In this document: one piece after another, positions 8,897-15,488 of the stretch
How the letters are laid out: every line of letters begins with the position of its first letter
Numbering within the stretch: the stretch's first letter is position 1
IMG/VR virus record: IMGVR_UViG_3300022173_000089
Location: 1 to 37,190 of that record
Length of the DNA: 37,190 nucleotides
Source: a virus
Lineage: Duplodnaviria; Caudoviricetes
Strand: one strand, 5' to 3'
Translations under genes and position numbers: made by a program
The notes under the pieces: model-generated
The model's input: the letters and a program-made list of their open reading frames with translations, nothing else
Database searches by the model: none
Told to the model about the DNA's origin: nothing

Positions 8897-9363
8897 GACT
8901 GGCGGCTCAGGAAGGGTAGGGCCAGCAGGCCGATCACGGCGGCGAGGAGCGCGATCTTGATGGCGCGGTTGGCCCATCGCTTGTCGGCGAACATGCGCTG
9001 GGGTTGGCGGGCGCGGCGCAGCGCATGCTGTTGGGTTGGCAGGCGCTCGCGGTGAGCGGCGATGCGGTGCTCGGGCACGTTGGCGCCGGTGCCCATGAGG
9101 CCCAGCAGGTCGGTGTCGGTGGCTGGTTGCTGCGGGCTGTAGCTGGTGCGGCCCCAGTGGTGCGCGCCGTAGCGGTGCGGGTCGACGAGCTGGGCATCGT
9201 CGGCCGTGATGTGCGCGGTGTCGCCGACGGCGGTGTTGAGGGCGCCCTGGTCGGTGCCGGCCCAGGCCTGGACCTTGCGGCGGTGTTCGGCGGCGTCGAG
9301 GTCGGCGAGGGTGAGGCGGCGCGGGCGGGTGGCGTGCGGGCTGGTGGTTGGAGTGGCCATCAT
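8893..9363 (-). CDS. Hypothetical protein with C-terminal TM helix
   Basis: GGAG RBS before ATG; ends IALLAAVIGLLALPFL. Confidence 0.55.
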   Translation of the reverse strand: MMATPTTSPHATRPRRLTLADLDAAEHRRKVQAWAGTDQGALNTAVGDTAHITADDAQLVDPHRYGAHHWGRTSYSPQQPATDTDLLGLMGTGANVPEHRIAAHRERLPTQQHALRRARQPQRMFADKRWANRAIKIALLAAVIGLLALPFLSRQS

Positions 9364-9740
9364 TTGCAAATCTCCGGTGTGGCGTGGCAGTTGAGGGGCT
9401 GGGTGGTCTTGGTGGGTTGCGCGAACTCGTCGATCGCGCCCGAGTCGCCGCCGCCACCGCAGGCGCTGAGCCACAGCAGGCAGCTCACGAGCAGCAGGGC
9501 CAGCGCGCGCCGCAGCGGCGGGCGCGGCAGGCCGCCCAGGCCGTGGCCGGTGGCTTCGGCGGGCAGGTGTGGCGCGACAAGGGCGGCGAGCGCGACGGCT
9601 TGCGCGGCCGCGCGGTCTGCGCCCTTCTTGGCATGCATGCCGATGTGAATGTGCGCCAGTTCGGCGGCTGCGGTGTCGCTCCAGCCGGCGGCGGAGTATT
9701 GCTTCGCGATGGTCATGCTGTCCATGTCATCGCGCCTCAA
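9360..9740 (-). CDS. Hypothetical membrane protein with internal lipobox-like segment
   Basis: ALALLLVSCLLWLSACGGGG; coupled to neighbouring genes. Confidence 0.55.
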   Translation of the reverse strand: MRRDDMDSMTIAKQYSAAGWSDTAAAELAHIHIGMHAKKGADRAAAQAVALAALVAPHLPAEATGHGLGGLPRPPLRRALALLLVSCLLWLSACGGGGDSGAIDEFAQPTKTTQPLNCHATPEICK

Positions 9741-9991
9741 GCGTCGAGGCCAGTTTCGCGCCGGGCGCGCTCGTTGTCGCGCTCCACGGCCTCTTGCACG
9801 CGAATGTCGTCGAGCACCGCGCGATACTTGTCAGCCATGATTTCGGCCCTCTGCTCGGCGCTGAGCTTCGGCAAGCTGGCCAGCCAAGCACGCTGCTTTG
9901 CGATTGCGGCTTCGCGGTCATAACCAGGCGAGCGGCTGGCGATGTCGCGGCGCTGCTCGTTGGTGAGAAGTTGGTCAAGAAGTTGAGACAT
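9737..9991 (-). CDS. First gene of the leftward early operon, hypothetical
   Basis: AAGGGAG RBS upstream and a helical, charged sequence. Confidence 0.65.
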   Translation of the reverse strand: MSQLLDQLLTNEQRRDIASRSPGYDREAAIAKQRAWLASLPKLSAEQRAEIMADKYRAVLDDIRVQEAVERDNERARRETGLDA

Positions 9992-10138
9992 TTGCGGCTC
10001 CCTTGGTGTTGCGGTCGAGTGGTTAAATCTTCGGCCATTGCACGAGTTTCGTGAATTCGTTTTTAGCTATCTTTCGTGCACAAGTTCATAGTTGCAATCA
10101 ATTGGACCGGCAGGCCGAGCGGCGTCTACAGTCTCAAC
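9992..10138. promoter_or_regulatory. Divergent early control region
   Basis: AT-richer gap between divergent operons. Rightward TGGACC-N18-TACAGT (10103-10132) lies 6 nt before ATG 10139. Weak leftward TTCACG-N17-GAAGAT (10055-10027) overlaps the inverted repeat CACGA-gtt-TCGTG. Confidence 0.55.
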
Positions 10139-10348
10139 ATGGACGAACTCAAGACCGAACACTTCGACATCCGAGTACGCGGTGATTTGCTTTTTGTCGC
10201 GCCGACAAAACGGGCGGGAGATTGGCGGTCGCTGCCGGTCGGTGTGCTTGAGGCTTGGCTGTCTCGGCAGTGGCGCGAGCGCGCGATGGACCCGAAGGTT
10301 TCGTTGCCGCTAAGCAGCTTGCCGCAGAGGAGCAACGATGGAAACTGA
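10139..10348 (+). CDS. First rightward gene, hypothetical, probably leaderless
   Basis: ATG immediately follows the predicted -10 box with no SD sequence. No HTH recognised. Confidence 0.55.
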   Translation: MDELKTEHFDIRVRGDLLFVAPTKRAGDWRSLPVGVLEAWLSRQWRERAMDPKVSLPLSSLPQRSNDGN

Positions 10349-10362
10349 TGCTGCCGGCAAGT
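10309..10362 (-). repeat. Decayed attC remnant (copy of 11637-11690)
   Basis: 50/54 identity to the inner part of attC 11623-11713; both R boxes are missing. Confidence 0.8.
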
Positions 10363-10483
10363 GGCGTACCTCGATCTGCTGGCCGCGACGCTGGGCGTGG
10401 ACCTGGGGCATGCCGCAGCGCAGAAGTTCAACGAGGTCAGCGAGCGCGTCGGGTTTCCTGACCGCATCGAACTGGCAGCGTGA
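10361..10483 (+). pseudogene. C-terminal fragment of a MazG-like nucleotide pyrophosphohydrolase
   Basis: Manual translation VAYLDLLAATLGVDLGHAAAQKFNEVSERVGFPDRIELAA* resembles the MazG-like YLDLLA..GIDL..A..KFN tail. The N-terminal part is absent. Confidence 0.55.
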
Positions 10484-10522
10484 AGCCGGGCCTTCGCCGT
10501 TCTACTACTGGTGGAACCGGAC

Positions 10523-10625
10523 GCCCAACGACGGAGGTAACCTGCCATGACCGGCGCTGACGACACTACGCAAGACGGCACGGCGCCGCCCGCCGGGCAT
10601 GGTCAGGTTGACCGACCTGTTGGGC
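10523..10625 (-). mobile_element. Integron attC site (103 bp)
   Basis: Minus strand: GCCCAAC-AGGTC-GGTCAACC-TGACC...GGCAGGTTACC-TCCGTC-GTTGGGC, giving R'', 5-nt spacer, L'' with extrahelical bases, L' and R'. Confidence 0.85.
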
Positions 10626-10933
10626 CGCTGCGCCCGTATATGTGCTGGGCCGGCGACCCCGAGGATGGCGCTGTACTGGCCTGGGCGCATACCGCGCAGG
10701 AGGCCCGAAAGTTGGCATACCCAGCAATCGCAGACTGGACACAAAGCGGGTTTCTCGACGTGCGCGCCAGGTGGCTGAAGAAGCACCCGGAGTACATGCA
10801 GACGCTGAAGCTGAAGGACTGTCCGCACGTCAACGATAACCCGCCGTGCTGCCCGGTGTGTGAACTGTGGGGCAACCCACCGCACCCGGACGGTAACGGC
10901 TGCTGGCACTGCAGCGGTGATGGGGCGCCCTAA
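10547..10933 (+). CDS. Cassette ORF, hypothetical with C-terminal Zn finger
   Basis: GGAGGT RBS and ATG lie inside the attC; CPVC..CWHC motif; the TAA stop is in the next core site. Confidence 0.7.
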   Translation: MTGADDTTQDGTAPPAGHGQVDRPVGPLRPYMCWAGDPEDGAVLAWAHTAQEARKLAYPAIADWTQSGFLDVRARWLKKHPEYMQTLKLKDCPHVNDNPPCCPVCELWGNPPHPDGNGCWHCSGDGAP

Positions 10934-10995
10934 CGTTTCGGTTGAGCCGCAGACGCGGTACCCCGGGGCTGTCGGCCTCGAACGAAATGTTAGGC
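10928..10995 (-). mobile_element. Integron attC site (68 bp)
   Basis: Minus strand: GCCTAAC-ATTTC-GTTCGAGG-CCGAC...CGGCTCAAC-CGAAAC-GTTAGGG. Confidence 0.88.
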
Positions 10996-11018
10996 CTGCG
11001 GGCCAGGAGAACCGAGAC

Positions 11019-11294
11019 ATGGCAACGAGACTGAACCCGACCGGCTTCCTGGTGCTGGAGGCCTGCGATGACTACGAGCAAGTGCTTGCGCTGGATGTTG
11101 GCAAGGACAAGCCGCCAGGTGGCGTGCTGACTTGGGCAGACGCAAAGCACATGCGCTGTTTCTTCCCGACGCGCAAGAGCGCCCGCGAGGCAATCACGCG
11201 TACCGAGCATTACCGCAAGGCCTTCGGGCTCACCACGCTGCCAGAAGCAACGAGTTGCCGCATCGAGTTTGTCGCGGCGGTGGAGCAGGTCTAA
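11019..11294 (+). CDS. Cassette ORF, hypothetical (91 aa)
   Basis: AGGAG RBS just after the attC; the TAA stop is in the next core site. Confidence 0.7.
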   Translation: MATRLNPTGFLVLEACDDYEQVLALDVGKDKPPGGVLTWADAKHMRCFFPTRKSAREAITRTEHYRKAFGLTTLPEATSCRIEFVAAVEQV

Positions 11295-11390
11295 CGACCT
11301 GAGTTCACCGGCAAGGCCCGGCGCCTCAGGGGCTGATTGACGAGAGAACGCCACCCGCCGGGGCTTGTCCGGTGGAACGAAATGTTAGGC
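11289..11390 (-). mobile_element. Integron attC site (102 bp)
   Basis: Minus strand: GCCTAAC-ATTTC-GTTCCACC-GGAC...CCGGTGAAC-TCAGGTC-GTTAGAC. Confidence 0.88.
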
Positions 11391-11413
11391 CCTGGTGGCC
11401 GGAGAGGAAGCGT

Positions 11414-11620
11414 ATGAGCGACCTGATAGCCCGCGTTCGCGCGGCACAAGTGGCAGCCGCCGAAGACGCAGTGATTGCCAGCATTCCAGCGGAGCTGCTC
11501 GAGAGCATACGCAGAGCTGATGAGGCGTTCAAGAAGCGAGGCGGCTGCACTGGCTGCGGCAGCCAAGTTTTGGCTGTGCACTACGGATCGTGCCCGACGC
11601 TGGCAGACGACCTGTATTAA
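11414..11620 (+). CDS. Cassette ORF, hypothetical, possibly Zn-binding (68 aa)
   Basis: GAGGA RBS; CTGC..H..C motif. Confidence 0.65.
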   Translation: MSDLIARVRAAQVAAAEDAVIASIPAELLESIRRADEAFKKRGGCTGCGSQVLAVHYGSCPTLADDLY

Positions 11621-11622
11621 GC

Positions 11623-11713
11623 GCCTAACGACCTGAGCTAAGCGGCTTGCCGCAAAGGAGCAACGATGAAAACTGATGCTGGCGGCAAGTCCGCCTTGAG
11701 CGACGGGTTAGGC
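11623..11713 (-). mobile_element. Integron attC site (91 bp)
   Basis: Minus strand: GCCTAAC-CCGTC-GCTCAAGG-CGGAC...CCGCTTAGC-TCAGGTC-GTTAGGC. Confidence 0.88.
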
Positions 11714-12001
11714 CAGGACACCACGCTGGACAAACGGCTCGGGACTTTGGTGGTATTTCTGCTTGGACCGGATACGAGCGGTTGGGCACCAGAGGTCAGG
11801 CGCCAAGCTGTGGCCGTAGCGAACGAGGCGCAGGCCGCACTGACGAAGGCCAAAACCGAGCGGCAGCAATTTCGCGCGCTGTTGGAAGAATGGCACGAAG
11901 GAGAGTACAGCGGCGGCGACTTCCTGCGGCGTGTCAAGCTGGCGCTCAACATCGGAAAGCCAATCGTGAGCCTCGCGTCGCCCAAGAAGCGCGGGGCCTA
12001 A
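11666..12001 (+). CDS. Cassette ORF, hypothetical (111 aa)
   Basis: AAAGGAG RBS and ATG lie in the attC terminal loop; the TAA stop is in the final core site. Confidence 0.7.
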   Translation: MKTDAGGKSALSDGLGQDTTLDKRLGTLVVFLLGPDTSGWAPEVRRQAVAVANEAQAALTKAKTERQQFRALLEEWHEGEYSGGDFLRRVKLALNIGKPIVSLASPKKRGA

Positions 12002-12014
12002 CTCTCAAATAGGC
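11996..12014 (-). mobile_element. attI-like simple site heading the cassette array
   Basis: Minus strand GCCTATT-TGAGA-GTTAGGC: degenerate L box, 5-bp spacer and a perfect GTTRRRY core, with no long hairpin. Confidence 0.55.
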
Positions 12015-12054
12015 CAACTCGACTAGATACCCACCCACCGTACACGAAAAAATC

Positions 12055-12525
12055 ATGCGCCAGCACACGATCACAGCAATCCAGGTTGCAGAGGTATGCG
12101 CTCCGCGCCTATTGATCGGCGACGATCTGCTGCGCCCTGAGCCCAAGCGGCCCGGCCTACAGCTCCCGCGCAACGCCGCGCGCCTGATGCAAGCCGGCGG
12201 ACTCAAGCCCGGCGGATCGCTCATAGTTTCGTTCGTCGGTGAGACAAAACACCGGTTTCCGCATGTGTTCGCCGACAGCGGGAGGCGCTACGATTGGGAG
12301 TTCTCGGCCGGCTCGATCGTCGCAATCTTCGTGCGGCCAGGTGTCGATGCCGCGCACGCTATCGACGCTATTTTCAGGTGCTGCAATCCGATGCTGAGTT
12401 ACCCCGCACTGGTCGATATCGAGCGCAGGCAGGTGGCCTACATCGTGGACGGCGCGCGCGGGGATTTGAAGCTGTGGCGTTGCACAAACGAGTCCGATTT
12501 ATGGCTCCAGCACTTCGCGGCATGA
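12055..12525 (+). CDS. Hypothetical protein coupled to the helicase gene
   Basis: ATGA overlap with the RepA-like gene; no motif recognised. Confidence 0.6.
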   Translation: MRQHTITAIQVAEVCAPRLLIGDDLLRPEPKRPGLQLPRNAARLMQAGGLKPGGSLIVSFVGETKHRFPHVFADSGRRYDWEFSAGSIVAIFVRPGVDAAHAIDAIFRCCNPMLSYPALVDIERRQVAYIVDGARGDLKLWRCTNESDLWLQHFAA

Positions 12526-13601
12526 GCAGCGTTGCCGACATCATGGATTTGGCGGCATACGCCGGCGGGAGGGCCGAACAGGCGCCGCTGCTTGACCCGC
12601 CGCTGCCGCTGCTCTCGCTAGCCGAGCTCCAGGCCGAGGCGCGCAATATCCGCTGGCTTGTCAAGGGGGCGATACCTCTCGATTCGCTCGGCTTGCTGTT
12701 CGGCGGGTCGGGGACGTTCAAAAGCTTTGTCGCGATCGACCTGGCGCTGCACGTCGCACACGGCCTGCCTTGGCTGGGGAAAAAGACCACCAAAGGCCCC
12801 GTGATCATCATCGCGGCCGAGGGCGGCGCGGGCCTGTGGCGGCGCATCGTGGCCTGGCACCGGCACCACAATCTGCGCTGGTCGGGTGCCGAGGTCTACG
12901 TCGTGCCCGTTGCCGTGGATCTTGGCGCCGAGGCGTCGAGGGTTCGCGAGGCAGCCACTGCGATCGGCGTCACTCCCGCTCTCGTCGTGATCGACACGAT
13001 GGCCCAAACCTTCGGCGGCGAGGAAAACAGCGCCGGCGAGGTGTCGCACTACCTGCGCGAGATCGGGCTGCAAATCCGCTCGGCGTACCAGTGCGCTGTG
13101 CTGGTGGTGCACCACACCGGCCACATGGCCACGGAGCGGCCCCGTGGCAGCTCGGCGCTGCGCTCCAACGTGGACTTCATGTTTGGGTGTTTTCGCGATG
13201 AAAAGGAAATGCTCGCGACCGTGGAGTGCCACAAGCAAAAGGACGGCGAGCTGTGCGCGGAGGCATCGTTTGCGCTGTCGGTGGTCGAGCTGGGCAAAGA
13301 CGAAGATGGCGACGCGATTACGAGCCTCGTCGCGGCCAGGGTCGGCGACACTACCGAAGTGCTCGATTTGATGCGCCATGAGGCATCCAGGGGCCGCGGC
13401 GGGCACAAAAATCTGTTCCTCGAGCTAGCCTACAACGGGGCCGAGGAAAAGAAGGTTCGTGCGGCGTTCGCAGACGCCATAGAAGGGGATGCGGAGGCCA
13501 AGCGGAAGGGGTACTATCGCGCCAGGAAATGGGCGATGGAAGCCGGGATTGTGGAGATCGCAGAGGGGTTCGTTTTGCGCAGGGATAGCAAGAAATCATG
13601 A
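12522..13601 (+). CDS. RepA-like (AAA_25) replicative helicase
   Basis: WLVKG.IP, Walker A GGSGTFKS, AAEG, Walker B LVVIDT, VLVVHHTG and RGSSAL motifs. Confidence 0.88.
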   Translation: MSSVADIMDLAAYAGGRAEQAPLLDPPLPLLSLAELQAEARNIRWLVKGAIPLDSLGLLFGGSGTFKSFVAIDLALHVAHGLPWLGKKTTKGPVIIIAAEGGAGLWRRIVAWHRHHNLRWSGAEVYVVPVAVDLGAEASRVREAATAIGVTPALVVIDTMAQTFGGEENSAGEVSHYLREIGLQIRSAYQCAVLVVHHTGHMATERPRGSSALRSNVDFMFGCFRDEKEMLATVECHKQKDGELCAEASFALSVVELGKDEDGDAITSLVAARVGDTTEVLDLMRHEASRGRGGHKNLFLELAYNGAEEKKVRAAFADAIEGDAEAKRKGYYRARKWAMEAGIVEIAEGFVLRRDSKKS

Positions 13602-14146
13602 CGCCGCGAAAAAAGAGGGGTAAGTACATCGCGATGGCCCTGGAAATTGCTGCCAGAGAGGGGCTTCCTTTGGACGCTGGAAGTTGGCCTGCTGTGTGGG
13701 CCATGCTGGACTCGCACAGAAAGCCAACGATGGTTTATGCAATCGTCAGCAGATCCACGCGCCGAGTGAAGTTTGGACGTTCTGAGTGCCCCCCTCAACG
13801 TGTCGCTCAGCTTCGCACGGCCAGCCCGAATTCTCTTGAGCTTTGGGCGTTCTGCGCCGAGTCAGAGGATCTGAACGAGCGATCAATTCATGCCGCATGC
13901 GAAGCCTTCCGGGTGTCCGGTGAGTGGTTCGATCTGCGTCCTGAAACGCTCGATTTCGTGTCGAAAATCAAAAAGCGTGCCGGGACATCTGGAGCTAAGA
14001 ATGGGACATTTCAAGGGAAAACTGGGACATTTGAAATGGGACATTCTCGCGCGCGCACGCTCTCCTACGGAGAGGATGTCCCAAATGTCCCAGGGACATC
14101 GGAGACATGGGACATGGGACATTTGACCCAGGGACATGGGACATGA
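13598..14146 (+). CDS. GIY-YIG (T5orf172/MUG113-like) nuclease-domain protein
   Basis: VYAI..RVKFGRS..PQRVAQL.TASP..L..ERSIH..GEWF pattern. The C-terminal tail reads through the iterons. Confidence 0.8.
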   Translation: MTPRKKRGKYIAMALEIAAREGLPLDAGSWPAVWAMLDSHRKPTMVYAIVSRSTRRVKFGRSECPPQRVAQLRTASPNSLELWAFCAESEDLNERSIHAACEAFRVSGEWFDLRPETLDFVSKIKKRAGTSGAKNGTFQGKTGTFEMGHSRARTLSYGEDVPNVPGTSETWDMGHLTQGHGT

Positions 14147-14203
14147 GAGTTCACCAAAAAGCGCGGGACAGGACATCCCTCCGCCCCGAGGGCTACGGGA
14201 CAT
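13982..14203. repeat. GGGACAT iteron cluster, probable replication origin
   Basis: Ten forward copies (13982, 14003, 14024, 14038, 14093, 14109, 14116, 14131, 14138, 14197), two inverted copies (14076, 14085) and three degenerate ones, downstream of the helicase. Confidence 0.75.
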
Positions 14204-14232
14204 CCCATCCCACTCGCGAGAAGTCCGGGGCT

Positions 14233-14364
14233 ATGAACTGGACTCACCTGGCTGCGATGGACCTGATCGCGAGGCACGAAGCCGGGGAGGCTGTCGACTC
14301 GCTGCGGCTGGAGGCTGCGAGGGCAGCATTGGCCCAAGTCGCGCGCGCGCATTTGCCGCGCTGA
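14233..14364 (+). CDS. Small hypothetical protein (43 aa)
   Basis: MNWTHLAAMDLIARHEAGE...; plausible helical peptide. Confidence 0.45.
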   Translation: MNWTHLAAMDLIARHEAGEAVDSLRLEAARAALAQVARAHLPR

Positions 14365-14424
14365 ATCCGGGCACCACAACCGCGCGGCACCGCCCAAGTA
14401 AGCCCGCGCAATCGAAAGGATCAC

Positions 14425-14715
14425 ATGAGCCAAACCGTCGAACAAGTCGCATCCGAACTGGCCGCAGCAGAGCGCCAAGCAGCCGAGCTGAAAGCCAAGC
14501 TCGAACAGCTGCGCGTTGCCGAGCGACCGGCTGCAATCGCCAAGGTGCTCGACCTGATTGCCAAGCATGGCCTGACCCGCAAAGAGTGCGATTCGGCCGC
14601 CTGGCGCAAGCGCGAGTACAAGGCGCGTGGGCCGCGCAAGCCGAAGGTGCCCGCGGCATCGCCGGCGCAAGCGGCACAGCAGGTCCAGCAGCCGCGCGTC
14701 AGCATCGCGGCCTGA
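14425..14715 (+). CDS. H-NS-like protein, oligomerisation domain only
   Basis: Coiled coil then AAIAKVLDLIAKHGLT, as in betaproteobacterial H-NS N-termini. No TW.GRGR.P DNA-binding motif. AAGGA RBS. Confidence 0.65.
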   Translation: MSQTVEQVASELAAAERQAAELKAKLEQLRVAERPAAIAKVLDLIAKHGLTRKECDSAAWRKREYKARGPRKPKVPAASPAQAAQQVQQPRVSIAA

Positions 14716-14718
14716 GTC

Positions 14719-15159
14719 ATGCGCATCCTGGCAATCGACCCAGGCCCTGCGCAATCGGGTTGGTGCATCCTGGATGCGGGCCAAGTCGTGGACAGCGGCG
14801 TGCACCCAAACGCGGATCTGCTCACCTGGGTAGGGCATGGGCAGCACGCCGACGTCCTGGCAATCGAGATGATCGCGTGCATGGGGATGGCGGTGGGCAA
14901 GAGCACGTTCGACACCGTGCGCTGGATCGGGCGATTTCAGCAGGCTTGGAGGGAGCCTGACGATGTCCGCCTGGTCACGCGCAGCGAGGTCAAGCAGCAC
15001 CTGTGCGGCAACCAGCGTGCCCGCGATCCGAACGTGCGTCAGGCGTTGATCGACAAGATCGGGGCGCCTGGTCGCAAAGCCGCGCCCGGACCGACCTACG
15101 GTGTGTCCTCGCACGCCTGGAGTGCGCTCGGGGTGGCCGTTACAGCGGGAGCACTGTGA
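14719..15159 (+). CDS. RuvC-like Holliday junction resolvase
   Basis: ILAIDPG..SGW, VLAIE, VKQHLCG and HAWSALGVA motifs. Confidence 0.8.
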   Translation: MRILAIDPGPAQSGWCILDAGQVVDSGVHPNADLLTWVGHGQHADVLAIEMIACMGMAVGKSTFDTVRWIGRFQQAWREPDDVRLVTRSEVKQHLCGNQRARDPNVRQALIDKIGAPGRKAAPGPTYGVSSHAWSALGVAVTAGAL

Positions 15160-15488
15160 TGGCCAGGCAATCGTTCGGCGCAGTGACTCGCGCGGTGCAC
15201 GACTGGTTGCGCGCAGGCAACGAGGCAACGGCCCGCGAGATCTCCGCAGTGCTGGGCTACAACCGCAGTAGCGTGCGCAATTGCCTGCAAAAGCTGCGCG
15301 AGGAAGGCTACGCAGGTGTGGCGCGCACTGTTGCAACATCGCGCGGCGAGGCCCACGTCTACCGCTGCTTGCGAGACGAGCCGTGGGCCTGGTGTGCTCG
15401 GGTCCAGCGCATGCCGCAGAGCGCGCTGCTGGTGCGGGCATTGCAAAAACGCACTCCGCTTGAGCGTGCATGGGCGGGTTTCTCGTGA
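15159..15488 (+). CDS. Winged-HTH DNA-binding protein (possible late regulator)
   Basis: ATAREISAVLGYNRSSVRNCLQKLREEG; located just before the late genes. Confidence 0.7.
   Translation: MARQSFGAVTRAVHDWLRAGNEATAREISAVLGYNRSSVRNCLQKLREEGYAGVARTVATSRGEAHVYRCLRDEPWAWCARVQRMPQSALLVRALQKRTPLERAWAGFS

Noticed and set aside
10338-10550. 70-aa ORF METDAAGKW... as an intact gene
   Set aside because: It starts in the attC remnant and reads the MazG-like fragment out of frame, so it is probably a deletion by-product.
10860-11018. Upstream extensions of cassette ORFs (10860 start; also 11372 start)
   Set aside because: They translate through attC hairpins, and better RBS-ATG pairs exist at 11019 and 11414.
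10523-12014. Repeated hairpins as a CRISPR array or simple terminators
   Set aside because: The units differ in length and sequence, the intervals are gene-sized, and there are no cas genes or U-tracts. The conserved features are attC boxes.
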